This document shows positions 37,676-48,534 of a stretch of 62,993 nt of DNA, piece after piece (position 1 is the stretch's first letter; every line of letters starts with the position of its first letter). The notes under the pieces were generated by a model. That model was not told the origin of the DNA, searched no databases, and was given only the letters and a program-made list of their open reading frames with translations. The DNA lies in contig JBIKWI010000003.1 in the NCBI GenBank assembly GCA_044356395.1, positions 1 through 62,993 on the forward strand, written 5' to 3'. This DNA comes from Tagaea sp. (GTDB lineage Bacteria > Pseudomonadota > Alphaproteobacteria > CACIAM-22H2). Made by a program: the position numbers and the translations under genes.

Positions 37676-38889
37676 ACACCACGCCGCCGCCACCCGCCAG
37701 CCGCATGCTGCTGGGCCTGATCATCGCCCTCGTCGCGATCGGCCCGCTGTCGACCGATCTCTATCTTCCGTCGCTGCCGGCCATCGGGCGCGACCTTGGC
37801 GCCGACGTTGCCGCCACGCAGCTGACGCTGTCGATGTACATGGTGGCGTTCGCACTGGCCCAGCTCGTCTACGGGCCGCTCTCCGACCGCTTCGGCCGCC
37901 GGCCGGTGGTGATCGGCGGCATGGCGATCTATGCCGTGGCGTCGGTCGCGTGCGCGTTCGCGGCCAGCATCGAACAGCTCATTGCCGCCCGCGCGTTGCA
38001 GGCCACGGGGGCGTGTGCGGGCGTCGTGCTCGGACGCGCCATCGTGCGCGACGTCTACGGACGCGAAGGGGCCGCGCGCATGCTCGCCCTCGTGGGTTCG
38101 GTGATGGCGTTCGCACCCGCCTTCGGCCCGGTGCTGGGCGGGATCGTCGAGGTCAATTTCGGCTGGCGGTGGAACTTCTCGCTGCTCGTCGCGTTCTCGG
38201 TCGTGCTGCTGGCGCTGCTGGCGGGCAGGCTGGTCGAGACGAACCGGCTGCGCGACGAAAGCGCGCTCGATCCCGTGCGCATGCTGCGCAACTACGCCAC
38301 GCTCCTCGCCGACCGGCGCTATCTGGGCTATGCGCTGTGCGTGGCGTTCGGCTATGGCGGGCTGTTCGCGTTCATCTCCGGCTCGTCCTTCGTGCTGATC
38401 GACGACCTGGGACTCAGCCCGGACGTATACAGCTGGTACTTTGTCATGTGCGTCGTGGGATTCTTCACCGGCGCGCAGGTGGCCACGCATTTCACGCTCC
38501 GCCTCGGCATCGACCGCATGCTGGTGCTGGGTGCGTCGATCAACGTCGCGGGCGGGGCGGGCATGCTGGCGGTGGCGCTTTCGGGCCTTGCCACGCCCGA
38601 CGCGCTCGGGGCGGCGTTCCTCGTCTTGCCCATGGCGGTCTTCGTGCTCGGCATGGGGATCAACATGCCCAATGCGCAGGGCGGCGCGCTCGGCCCCTAT
38701 CCGCACATGGCCGGATCGGCATCGGCGCTGATGGGCTTCATCCAGATGTCGTGCGCGGCACTCGTCGGCATGGCGTTCGGCTGGCTGCATGAAGGCACGC
38801 CCGTCGTGCTCGCTGGCCTGGTGCTGTTCTGCGCGCTGGCCCTGACGGCGAGCCTCGCCTTCCTCGTGCGGCCGTTCGCGAAGCGCTAG
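37672..38889 (+). CDS. Bcr/CflA-family MFS drug efflux transporter, copy 2
   Basis: STDLYLPSLPAI and GPLSDRFGRRPVV motifs. The ATG overlaps the stop of copy 1 (ATGA). Confidence 0.88.
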   Translation: MNTTPPPPASRMLLGLIIALVAIGPLSTDLYLPSLPAIGRDLGADVAATQLTLSMYMVAFALAQLVYGPLSDRFGRRPVVIGGMAIYAVASVACAFAASIEQLIAARALQATGACAGVVLGRAIVRDVYGREGAARMLALVGSVMAFAPAFGPVLGGIVEVNFGWRWNFSLLVAFSVVLLALLAGRLVETNRLRDESALDPVRMLRNYATLLADRRYLGYALCVAFGYGGLFAFISGSSFVLIDDLGLSPDVYSWYFVMCVVGFFTGAQVATHFTLRLGIDRMLVLGASINVAGGAGMLAVALSGLATPDALGAAFLVLPMAVFVLGMGINMPNAQGGALGPYPHMAGSASALMGFIQMSCAALVGMAFGWLHEGTPVVLAGLVLFCALALTASLAFLVRPFAKR

Positions 38890-41003
38890 CGTTCCTGGTT
38901 CTGGCGCAGCATCGGGTCGTTGGCGAAATCGTAGGTGCCCGATGCCGGCCGCGTCGCGACCGGGACCGGCGTAACCGGGGCCGATGCCGGGAAGCTGCCG
39001 ATCAGGCGGGCGAACCAGCCCGGCGCTTCGGGCGCGACCGCGCCGGGCAGCGCCCTGGCCGGCATGCCCTTGTGCGCTTCGAGCATCACGGCCTTCCACA
39101 GGCGGGCGGGCAGCGAACCGCCGGTCGTGCGCTCCATCTCGTCGCCGTCGTCGTTGCCGAACCACGCCCCGCCGACATAGTCGGACGTGAATCCCACGAA
39201 CCACGCGTCGCGATAGTCGTTGGTGGTGCCCGTCTTGCCGCCGGCCGGCCGGTCGCCGAGCGACGCCGCCCGGCCCGAGCCTTCCCGCACGACGGCCTGC
39301 ATGAGGTCGGTCATTGTCGCGAGTGCTGCCGGCGTCATCACCGGGCCGGGGCCGGAGCCCGCGCGCCGGTAGAGCGTCTTGCCGGCCGGATCGCGGATCT
39401 CGAGGATCGCGTGCGGCAGCACGCCGTTGCCGCCGTTGGCGAAGGAAGCGTAGGCACCGGTCAGTTCGAGGAGGCTCACTTCCGACGTGCCCAACGCGAT
39501 CGAGAGATTGCGCGGGATCGGCGTGGAGATGCCGAGTGCCCGCGCCTCGCGCACGACGCTGTCCACGCCCACGCGCTGGGCCACGCGCACGGCGGCCGTG
39601 TTGACCGAACGCGCGAAGGCGTCGCGCACGGAAATCTCGCCGAACACCTTGTTGTCGAAATTGCGCGGCCGCCACGTGGCAAGCTGGATCGGCGTGTCGG
39701 CAATGCTCTCGTCGGGCCGCAGGCCCTGCTCGGCGGCGGCGAGATAGACGAACGCCTTGAACGCCGAGCCGGGCTGGCGGCGCGCGTCGACCGCGCGGTT
39801 GAAAGAGCTCTTCGCGTAGTCGCGCCCGCCGACCATCGCCTGCACCGCACCGTCCGGGCGCATCAGCACGAACGCGCCCTGGCCGACGCCGACCTTGGGC
39901 CCGTCGCGCGCGAGGATGTCTTCCAGCGCCGTTTCCGCCACGCGCTGCAGGCGCGCATCCATCGTCGTGACGACGACGAGATCCTGCGTCTGGTAGCCGA
40001 CGAAACCCTGCACCTGTTCGGCGAGCCAGTCGGTGAAATAGCGGCTGCCGCGCTGCGCCACCGTGGCCCCCGCCGAGGCGATGGGCAGGCGTGCGGCCGC
40101 GGCACGCTGGGCGGGCGTGAGGAACCCCGCCTCGACCATGTTGTCGAGCACGTCGCTGGCGCGCTCGCGCGCGCGCTCGATGCTGGCGGTGGGCGCCAGA
40201 CGCGAGGGGGCCTTCAGCAATCCTGCGACGATCGCGGCCTCGTGCGCGTTCACCTCGCGCGCCGACTTGCCGAAATAGCGCCGCGACGCGGCTTCCACAC
40301 CGTAGGTGCCCGCCCCCAGATAGACGCGGTTGAGATAGATCGTCAGGATCTCGTCCTTGGAGAGGGCGCGCTCGAGCCGGAAGGCGAGCAGCATCTCCTG
40401 GATCTTGCGCCGGTAGCTGCGGTCGTTCGTCAGGAACACGTTTTTCGCGAGCTGCTGGGTGATCGTCGAACCGCCCTGCACGACGCGGCCTGCGCGGAAA
40501 TTGGCGAGGGCGGCGCGCGCCAGCCCCTGCGGATCGACGCCGAAATGCGCGTAGAAGCGCCTGTCCTCGGTCGCGAGCACGGCCATCGGCAGCCAGGGCG
40601 GCATCTCGTCGAGGCGCACGAGGCCCCCGTAGAGATCGCCATAGGTGGCGACCGTCTCGCCGCCGCGGTCGACGAAGACGAGGCTGGGCCGGCGTTCGAA
40701 CCTGTTGATCGCGTCGATCGGCGGCAGCGTGATCCAGAAGACCGCGAGCACGCCGGCGACGGCGACCGCACCCCAGATCGACGCGACGAGGCCCCACTTG
40801 ACCGCGAAGCCCGCCGCCTTGCGCACGAGACCGGGACCGGATCGGGCCTTCTTCGGTTTCTTCGCCGGTCCGGACGCGCGCGACGGCCTTGCGCGCGCGT
40901 CGGGATCGGCGCGCAAGGCCTCGTCGTGCGGCCCGTCGTCCGCCGCGTCGCGTCCAAGGCGCGGCTCGCGGCGCGCGCGGGAACCGGGCGTGCGACTCGT
41001 CAT
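38886..41003 (-). CDS. Bifunctional class A penicillin-binding protein (glycosyltransferase + transpeptidase), PBP1 family
   Basis: 705 aa with an Arg-rich cytoplasmic tail and a TM anchor. GT51 motifs are ATEDRRFY.H.G.D and GGSTITQQLAKN. Transpeptidase motifs are SAFK, an SxN-type motif (SVN) and KTGTT. Confidence 0.9.
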   Translation of the reverse strand: MTSRTPGSRARREPRLGRDAADDGPHDEALRADPDARARPSRASGPAKKPKKARSGPGLVRKAAGFAVKWGLVASIWGAVAVAGVLAVFWITLPPIDAINRFERRPSLVFVDRGGETVATYGDLYGGLVRLDEMPPWLPMAVLATEDRRFYAHFGVDPQGLARAALANFRAGRVVQGGSTITQQLAKNVFLTNDRSYRRKIQEMLLAFRLERALSKDEILTIYLNRVYLGAGTYGVEAASRRYFGKSAREVNAHEAAIVAGLLKAPSRLAPTASIERARERASDVLDNMVEAGFLTPAQRAAAARLPIASAGATVAQRGSRYFTDWLAEQVQGFVGYQTQDLVVVTTMDARLQRVAETALEDILARDGPKVGVGQGAFVLMRPDGAVQAMVGGRDYAKSSFNRAVDARRQPGSAFKAFVYLAAAEQGLRPDESIADTPIQLATWRPRNFDNKVFGEISVRDAFARSVNTAAVRVAQRVGVDSVVREARALGISTPIPRNLSIALGTSEVSLLELTGAYASFANGGNGVLPHAILEIRDPAGKTLYRRAGSGPGPVMTPAALATMTDLMQAVVREGSGRAASLGDRPAGGKTGTTNDYRDAWFVGFTSDYVGGAWFGNDDGDEMERTTGGSLPARLWKAVMLEAHKGMPARALPGAVAPEAPGWFARLIGSFPASAPVTPVPVATRPASGTYDFANDPMLRQNQER

Positions 41004-41114
41004 GCGCCGGATTCTACACGCGAATGCGGCAGGCGTGCGGCGACGGCGAGGCGGCTTTGCGGATCAGGCGGTTAGGCGGCCCGGCCGGGCGCGTTGCCCG
41101 GCCGGAAACCCGCT

Positions 41115-42170
<1,056 letters not shown>

Positions 42171-42293
42171 CTTCGTTTCGCTCCCAGGTTTCCACGCCTG
42201 CCACTGACGGTCAGGATCGGGGCGCGCGACGGCGGGTTTCGCCCCTGTTATGCCGCGCGCGGGATCGAATGTAGTCGGATACGCCGGACGGCA

Positions 42294-42659
42294 TCAACCC
42301 CGGAAAACCGCGCTCAGCTTGTTGCCGTCGGGGTCGCGCGCGTAGGCGGCGTACCAGTCCGGGGCGTAGCGGCGGATGCCCGGCGGCCCTTCGTCGGTGC
42401 CACCGTGGGCCAGACACGCGGCGTGGAAGGCGTCGACGGCGGCACGGCTGGGGGCCGTGAAGCAGACCATCGTGCCGTTGCCGAAACTTGCCTTGCCGCC
42501 GTCGAACGGGTTGCCGAGCCACAGGCGTGTCGGACCGCCGGGCGGGCCGAAGCCGCCATGGTCGCCGAGCGGCACGTAGCCGAGCGGGGCGAGGATCGCG
42601 GTGTAGAAGGCCTGTGCGGCCGCCTCGTCGTCGGTGCCCAGGCACACATAGTTGATCAT
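42294..42659 (-). CDS. VOC (glyoxalase/bleomycin-resistance) family protein
   Basis: 121 aa with MINYVCLGTDD..AA..FY.........GPPG...YAAY.RDPDGNKL. Confidence 0.75.
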   Translation of the reverse strand: MINYVCLGTDDEAAAQAFYTAILAPLGYVPLGDHGGFGPPGGPTRLWLGNPFDGGKASFGNGTMVCFTAPSRAAVDAFHAACLAHGGTDEGPPGIRRYAPDWYAAYARDPDGNKLSAVFRG

Positions 42660-42734
42660 GCGAGTCTCCGGAACGAAGAAGGGCGCGGGATCGAAATCCC
42701 GCGCCCCTCGTACGTCGTCAGATCGGAAGAAAGC

Positions 42735-43025
42735 TCAGACGGCTTCCTTGAGATCCTTCGCGGCGCGGAAGGCAACCTTCTTCGACGCCTTGATCTTGAT
42801 GGCTTCGCCCGTCGCCGGGTTGCGGCCCATGCGGGCCGGGCGCTTGCGCACCTGGAAGATGCCCAGGCCCGGAACGCGGATCTTCGCGCCCTTCTTGAGG
42901 CTCTTCGTCAGGGCGGCCACGAAGCCGTCGAGGACTTCGACCGACTGCTTCTTGGAGATCTCGTGCTTCTCGGCGAGCTCGTAAGCGATCGCCTTCAGCG
43001 TCACAACTTCTTGCTTCTCGGCCAT
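42735..43025 (-). CDS. hupB: HU-family nucleoid DNA-binding protein
   Basis: 96 aa with ..LTKSLKKGAKIRVPGLGIFQVRKRPARMGRNPATGEAIKIKASKKVAFRAAK. Trimmed from ORF 42735..43076. Confidence 0.9.
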   Translation of the reverse strand: MAEKQEVVTLKAIAYELAEKHEISKKQSVEVLDGFVAALTKSLKKGAKIRVPGLGIFQVRKRPARMGRNPATGEAIKIKASKKVAFRAAKDLKEAV

Positions 43026-43340
43026 TTGAGGATAGGCCTCCTCTTGAGGGTTCTTGGTTGTCGACGGTCCTCGCAACGCGGGCGCGGAGACCCTCGGGGG
43101 CGGGACGTCGCGCGCACCAGTTCGGGGACGTCCCGGTTGGCGTACGCGCCGCCGCCGGACGATCCGTTCGAAGCGCCTTGCGGGCGACTCGATGGCGAAT
43201 CGGCCATGCGGTTGAGACTCGGTATGCCGCTTCGACCGAATCTTGGCAAGCAGGAAAATTGTGAAAATGCCGATGGAATCGGCATCGCGCGACGGTCGGT
43301 CTTCAAAAAGCGAGGAAATCCGCGCTTTTGGGAGTACCGC

Positions 43341-43670
43341 TCAACTATTGGGACGCGCGCAGCGTCGCCAGATCTGCGCCTGGCTGTCGCCGTCGGGTCT
43401 GAACTGCACGGCTGTTTCGCCCATCAGGCGCATCTCGATACGCTTGCCCGCTTCGGGTTCGCGCGCCGGCGCCACATAGTCGAATGTATGTCGGGTGTAG
43501 CTGCCCTCGATGCGCGCACCGGTCGGCGTGACGATGCGCGGCCCGTCGATGGAAAGATGCCGCGCACCGTTGGGCGAGCACCAGTCGCCGTCGATCGCGT
43601 CGGCGAACGCGGGCGGAAGCCCCGCGAAGCAAAGCCCGGTCGCGACGATGAAAACCTGCAGCCCGCGCAT
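43341..43670 (-). CDS. Hypothetical secreted protein
   Basis: Signal-peptide-like MRGLQVFIVATGLCFAGLPPAFA followed by a ~85-aa domain with two Cys. I recognise no family. Confidence 0.5.
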   Translation of the reverse strand: MRGLQVFIVATGLCFAGLPPAFADAIDGDWCSPNGARHLSIDGPRIVTPTGARIEGSYTRHTFDYVAPAREPEAGKRIEMRLMGETAVQFRPDGDSQAQIWRRCARPNS

Positions 43671-43724
43671 GTCGGCCTCCTCGATGGGACAGGCCGTCAT
43701 CTTCGTCCGCGGGCGGCGGCCTGT

Positions 43725-44282
43725 CTAGAACTCCAGCGTGAGGACTTCGCAGTTCTGGAAGTGCCGGCCGGTCAGTCGGTTGAGGAACGTGCCGTGGCCC
43801 ACGACGGCGATCTCGCGCTCGCGCCGCTGGACAAGCCAGTCGCGGAACGCTTCCACGCGGCCCAGCAGATGGTCCTCGCTCTCGACCGCGATCGCGTCGG
43901 GGCGGGCCGGGTCGTGGTGCCACCACGGATCTTCCAGATGGTCGAAATCCAGATGCGGGAAATCGGCCTTCAGCGCGTGCGTGCGCCGGCCGATGTCGCC
44001 CGAATGCTCGGCGCGCTCGCGATGCAGCGCTTCGACGCGCCAGGGCACCTTGTGCCCGTCGAAGGCGAGATGGGCGGTCTCGATGGCGCGCGTCAGCGGC
44101 GAGGCGACGACGAGCTCGACCTTCGCCCAGCGGTTGGGGCAGGCGAGTGATGCTGCCTGCGTGCGGCCAAGCTCGGTCAGGCGCGGATCGAAGATCATCG
44201 GATCGACGCGCTTGATGCTGTCGAACGCGGCGTTGAACTGGGACTGGCCGTGGCGGATGAGATGGACGGTCGTGCGTTGCAT
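43725..44282 (-). CDS. Histidine phosphatase (phosphoglycerate mutase) family protein
   Basis: Starts MQRTTVHLIRHGQSQFN (RHG catalytic motif), then ..SPL.RA.ET and ..VVGHG.F. Trimmed from composite ORF 43725..45761. Confidence 0.85.
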   Translation of the reverse strand: MQRTTVHLIRHGQSQFNAAFDSIKRVDPMIFDPRLTELGRTQAASLACPNRWAKVELVVASPLTRAIETAHLAFDGHKVPWRVEALHRERAEHSGDIGRRTHALKADFPHLDFDHLEDPWWHHDPARPDAIAVESEDHLLGRVEAFRDWLVQRREREIAVVGHGTFLNRLTGRHFQNCEVLTLEF

Positions 44283-44329
44283 GGCGAAGCGGATAGCCGA
44301 TCCCGTGTCGCGGGGAAAGCCGAAAACGA

Positions 44330-44869
44330 TTACCGCGCGGCCCCCATCGCCGCGGCAAGTCCCATCCCTTCGGCATAGGCTTCCGAGAACAGCGACATCG
44401 GGTCGGGATAGGGCACGGCGAGCTTCGCCCACACCTGGCCGTCCTCGAAATCGAGCTGGCCGTGGAACTTGTCGGCCATGCGGCGCATCGGCTGGTTGTC
44501 GATCAGGCAGATCATGTGGAGCTTGCCGATCAGGCGGTTGCGCGCCAGCAGGATCGTGCGGCGCAACAGCTCGCTGCCGATGCCGCGGTTGCGGTAGGCG
44601 GGCGCCACCGTCACGGCGAATTCGCCGCCGCGCGACGGCGCGCCGAAATCGGCGTGCAGCTCGGCGACCGCGCACAGCTGCCTTGCGTCGAAGCAGCCCA
44701 GCAGGCAGGCGGTCGGCCAGTCGACGGACGCGGCATAGGCCGCGACGACCTCGTCGGCGACGTTGCCGGAAAAGCGGGCACGCCGGTCGGCGGCGTCCAG
44801 TTTCAGCAGATGCGCCTTGAAGTCGGCGGCGTCGAAGCTGCGGAGTTTGCGATAGTAAAGCATTGGCAC
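44330..44869 (-). CDS. GNAT-family N-acetyltransferase
   Basis: 179 aa with the acetyl-CoA motif V.PAYRNRGIGSELLRR. Confidence 0.7.
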   Translation of the reverse strand: MPMLYYRKLRSFDAADFKAHLLKLDAADRRARFSGNVADEVVAAYAASVDWPTACLLGCFDARQLCAVAELHADFGAPSRGGEFAVTVAPAYRNRGIGSELLRRTILLARNRLIGKLHMICLIDNQPMRRMADKFHGQLDFEDGQVWAKLAVPYPDPMSLFSEAYAEGMGLAAAMGAAR

Positions 44870-45071
44870 ATCTTTCCTTCGTCCGAAGACGGGTCCGGCA
44901 GATGCGCTTCACTCCCCAACTTGGAGAGAACCATATCGCAAGAATAGAGCCGGAATTGTGACGGACCGGACGCATCATTGCTGCCATGCGAACGATGCGT
45001 TGCGGGCATACATCTGGAAAAACGGCGCGGATGCGTCCAAATAACGGGCGAACCGACGAAGGATCCGGACC

Positions 45072-45923
45072 ATGACCGACATCGAAACCGACGCGCGCGA
45101 ACGTGCCGTCGTCCGCATCGTGAAGGGCCAGCCGACCAGCGACGGCGCCGGCGTGCGCCTCAACCGCGTGATCGGCACGCGGGCTTTGCCCGACCTCGAC
45201 CCGTTCCTGATGCTCGACGAATTCGGCTCGGACGATCCGGATGCCTATCTCGCCGGTTTCCCCGATCATCCGCATCGCGGCTTCGAGACGGTCACGTACA
45301 TGCTCGACGGGCGCATGCGCCACGGCGACAACAAGGGCAATGTCGGCCTGCTCGGCCCCGGCTCGGTCCAGTGGATGACCGCCGGTCGCGGCATCGTGCA
45401 TTCGGAAATGCCCGAACAGGAAGAAGGGCTGATGCGCGGCTTCCAGCTGTGGGTCAACCTGCCGGCACGCGACAAGATGTGCGCGCCCGCCTACCAGGAC
45501 CTGCCGGCCGACGCGATGCCGGTCGTCGAGCTTGGCGACGGCTCGAGCGTCAAGGTGATCGCCGGGCGCTATGCGGGCGCGCAAGGGCCGGTGCGCACCG
45601 GTGCAACCGAGCCGCTCTATCTCGACGTCGTCCTCGCTCCGCAGGCGAGCGTCGCCGTTCCGGTCGCCGCCGGGCACAACGCGTTCCTCTATGTCTACGA
45701 AGGCATCGCCGTCGCCGGCCCCACGCCGCTGTCGAAGGGCGAGATGGGCGTGCTGTCGCAAGGCGACCGCGTGACGCTGCGCACCGGCGACGAACCCGCG
45801 CGCGCCATCCTCGTGGCCGGCAAGCCCTTGGGCGAACCGGTCGCCAAATACGGCCCGTTCGTGATGAACACCGAAGCCGAGATCCGCCAGGCGATCGACG
45901 ATTTCCGGGCGGGGAGGTTCTAG
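45072..45923 (+). CDS. Pirin family protein
   Basis: 283 aa with GFPDHPHRGFETVTYMLDG...H.D..GN.G.L..G.VQWMTAGRGIVHSE. Confidence 0.92.
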   Translation: MTDIETDARERAVVRIVKGQPTSDGAGVRLNRVIGTRALPDLDPFLMLDEFGSDDPDAYLAGFPDHPHRGFETVTYMLDGRMRHGDNKGNVGLLGPGSVQWMTAGRGIVHSEMPEQEEGLMRGFQLWVNLPARDKMCAPAYQDLPADAMPVVELGDGSSVKVIAGRYAGAQGPVRTGATEPLYLDVVLAPQASVAVPVAAGHNAFLYVYEGIAVAGPTPLSKGEMGVLSQGDRVTLRTGDEPARAILVAGKPLGEPVAKYGPFVMNTEAEIRQAIDDFRAGRF

Positions 45924-45926
45924 ACA

Positions 45927-46024
45927 CCCTCACCCCGCGACGTATACGTCGCGCCTCTCCCGCAAGCGGGAGAGGGGGACGTTCTTGTCCCCTCTCCCCT
46001 CCGGGGAGAGGGCTAGGGTGACGG
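45927..46024. repeat. Nested palindromic intergenic element, family A, copy 3 (with extra 16-bp palindrome)
   Basis: CCCTCACCCC + GCGACGTATACGTCGC (perfect palindrome 45937-45952) + two CCTCTCCC/GGGAGAGG hairpins + CTAGGGTGACGGG. It contains the ABC-F stop codon. Confidence 0.88.
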
Positions 46025-47824
46025 GTTCTCGATCTCTTCCCGCAGCATCTCCAGCTCCAGCCATTCGTCCTCGGCGGCCGCGAGATCGGCTTCGGCTTTG
46101 GCAAGGGCGGCCGTGTGCCGGTCGAAGGCCGCGCGGTCGCGGGCGTAGAGGCCGGCGTCCGCCAACGCCGCGTTCGCGGCCACGATCGCGGCGCGCAGCT
46201 TTTCCATCTTCGCCGGCAGCGTTTCGAGCGCGTGCTTCTGCTTGAAGCCCAGGCGCTTCTTCGGCTCGTTCGAGGCACGCGGCTTTTCGGGCGTGCGCGT
46301 GGGTGCAAGCGACACCGGGATCGACTTCGCCTCCACGCCGCGGCCGCGCTGGGCGAGCATGTCGGTGTAGCCGCCGGCATATTCGCGCCACAGCCCGTCG
46401 CCTTCCGCGACGATGGTGGAGGTTGCCACCCGGTCGAGGAAGTCGCGGTCGTGGCTGACGACCAGCACGGTGCCCGTGTACTCGGCGAGCACTTCCTGCA
46501 GCAGATCCAGCGTCTCGATGTCGAGATCGTTGGTCGGCTCGTCGAGCACCAGCAGGTTGGAAGGCTTCGCCAGCGCGCGCGCCAGCATCGCGCGGCCGCG
46601 CTCGCCGCCCGACAACGCCGCCATCTTCGTGCGCGCCTGCGGGGCCGCGAAAAGGAAGTCCTTCATGTAGGCCAGCACGTGGCGCGTGGTGCCGCCCACC
46701 GACACGGTCTCGCCGTGGCCGCCGGTCAGCGTGTCGGCAAGGCTCATCTCCGGGTCGAGCGATTCGCGCCGCTGGTCGAGCGTGACCATCGCGAGGCCCG
46801 TTCCGAGGCGAACCTCGCCGGTATCGGGCGCAAGCTGGCCGACCAGCATGTTGAGCAGCGTCGTCTTGCCCGCCCCGTTGGGGCCCACGATGCCGATGCG
46901 GTCGCCGCGCAGGATGCGGATCGAGAAATCGCGCACGACGGCAATGCCGCCATATTCCTTGGTCACGCCGTCGGCCGCGATGACGAGCGTGCCCGACCCG
47001 TCGGCGGCGAACGCCGACATCGTCGCCTTGCCGGCGGCGGCCACGCGCTCGCGCCGCTGCTTGCGCAAGCCCTGCAGGTCGGCGAGCCGCTTGACGTTCC
47101 GCTTGCGCCTTGCGGTCACGCCGTAGCGCAGCCAGTCTTCCTCCCGCGCGATCTTGCGGGTGAGCTTGTGGGCCTGCGTTTCTTCCTGCGTCAGGATGTC
47201 GTCGCGCCATTCCTCGAACGCGGCGAAGCCCTGTTCGAGCCGGCGCGTGGTGCCGCGGTCGAGCCACACCATCGCGCGCGACAGCGACTGCAGGAAGCGC
47301 CGGTCGTGGCTGATCGTGACCATGGCGCCGCGCAAGCTCGCCAGTTCGGCCTCCAGCCACGCGATGGCGGGAAGATCCAGATGGTTGGTCGGCTCGTCCA
47401 TCAGCAGGATGTCGGGCGACGGGGCCAGCACGCGCGCCAGTGCCGCGCGGCGCGCTTCGCCACCCGACAGGTGGGCGGGGTTTTCTTCGCCCGTCAGGCC
47501 GAGGCGCTCCAGCAGGTAGCGCGCGCGGTAATGGTCCTGGTCGCCGACCAGCCCCGCCTCGACATACGCAAGTGTGGTTTCGAAACCCGAGAGGTCGGGC
47601 TCCTGCGGAAGGTATCTCAGGGTGGTACCGGGCTGGACGAAGCGCGTCCCGCCGTCGGGCGTGACGAGCCCTGCCGCGATCTTCAGCAGCGTCGACTTGC
47701 CCGAGCCATTGCGCCCGACCAGCGCCAGCCGTTCGCCCGGCCCGACCGAGAGGGTCGCACCGTCGAGCAAGGGCGGATCGCCGAAGGCGACACGTATGTC
47801 CTGGAGGATCAGAAGCGGCGGCAT
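46013..47824 (-). CDS. ABC-F family ATPase (Uup-like, two ABC domains)
   Basis: Starts MPPLLILQDIRVAFG. It has two Walker A motifs (GRNGSGKST, GPNGAGKTT), two LSGGE signatures and a C-terminal coiled coil. Trimmed from ORF 46013..48358. Confidence 0.9.
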   Translation of the reverse strand: MPPLLILQDIRVAFGDPPLLDGATLSVGPGERLALVGRNGSGKSTLLKIAAGLVTPDGGTRFVQPGTTLRYLPQEPDLSGFETTLAYVEAGLVGDQDHYRARYLLERLGLTGEENPAHLSGGEARRAALARVLAPSPDILLMDEPTNHLDLPAIAWLEAELASLRGAMVTISHDRRFLQSLSRAMVWLDRGTTRRLEQGFAAFEEWRDDILTQEETQAHKLTRKIAREEDWLRYGVTARRKRNVKRLADLQGLRKQRRERVAAAGKATMSAFAADGSGTLVIAADGVTKEYGGIAVVRDFSIRILRGDRIGIVGPNGAGKTTLLNMLVGQLAPDTGEVRLGTGLAMVTLDQRRESLDPEMSLADTLTGGHGETVSVGGTTRHVLAYMKDFLFAAPQARTKMAALSGGERGRAMLARALAKPSNLLVLDEPTNDLDIETLDLLQEVLAEYTGTVLVVSHDRDFLDRVATSTIVAEGDGLWREYAGGYTDMLAQRGRGVEAKSIPVSLAPTRTPEKPRASNEPKKRLGFKQKHALETLPAKMEKLRAAIVAANAALADAGLYARDRAAFDRHTAALAKAEADLAAAEDEWLELEMLREEIENPSP

Positions 47825-47875
47825 TAACAGTTCGGCAACAGGTTTGGCCGACACTTGCCCTCGGAACCGGGGGCA

Positions 47876-48514
47876 ATGCAAGAACTCGTTCGCAAGTACA
47901 TCGCCGGCGCGTACGTCTTCCGCGAAGGGGAAGTGGGCAACGACGCCTTCCTTCTCAAGACCGGCAAGGTGCGGCTGTTCCGCGTCCTGGGCCCGCGCGA
48001 GGTCGTCCTCGACGAGTTGCTGGAAGGCCGTCTTTTCGGCGAGACCGCGCTTGTCGAGCGCGTGCCCCGCACCGCATGCGCCATCGCGACCACGGGCAGC
48101 GAATGCTACGCCTTCCACCGGCGCGACTACAACGCGCGGATCGCGCGGCTCGAAGCACCGGTGCTGCGGGCCCTGCGCAACCTCCACATCTTCGTCCACC
48201 GCGTGAAGCTGCACGACCTCGACGGCAAGCGCATCGTCGGCCGGGTGCCCGAAGATGTCGAACGCACCGTGCGCGCCCTGCTCGATTCCGAAATGGTCGC
48301 GGCACTGGCGAACACCGGCGACGAGCTCGTCGACCTCGTCGCCGAACAGGTCATCCACGAAGCCAAACGCCGCCTCCCCGCCCCGCCGGAAGACGAAGAG
48401 ACCGCAAGACAGCGCGACCGGCTGAAGCCGACCCCCTCACCCCGCCCTCTCCCCGGAGGGGAGAGGGGGAAGAAAGCGATCCCCTCTCCCGCTTGCGGGA
48501 GAGGGTCAGGGTGA
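47876..48514 (+). CDS. Cyclic-nucleotide-binding-domain protein; 3' end runs through repeat A4
   Basis: cNMP-binding-fold-like N-terminus (YVFREGEVGNDAFLLKTGKVRLF...LFGETALV...R.A.A.A...). The final ~27 codons (..PTPSPRPLPGGERGKKAIPSPACGRGSG) and the TGA are encoded by the repeat. Confidence 0.65.
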   Translation: MQELVRKYIAGAYVFREGEVGNDAFLLKTGKVRLFRVLGPREVVLDELLEGRLFGETALVERVPRTACAIATTGSECYAFHRRDYNARIARLEAPVLRALRNLHIFVHRVKLHDLDGKRIVGRVPEDVERTVRALLDSEMVAALANTGDELVDLVAEQVIHEAKRRLPAPPEDEETARQRDRLKPTPSPRPLPGGERGKKAIPSPACGRGSG

Positions 48515-48517
48515 GGG
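48432..48517. repeat. Nested palindromic intergenic element, family A, copy 4
   Basis: CCCCCTCACCCC..CCCTCTCCCC-GGAG-GGGAGAGGGGG..CCCCTCTCCC-GCTTGC-GGGAGAGGG..TCAGGGTGAGGG. Its hairpins and outer inverted repeat closely match copy 1 (different inter-hairpin spacer). Confidence 0.9.
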
Positions 48518-48534
48518 TACGTGGGCCTATTTTC

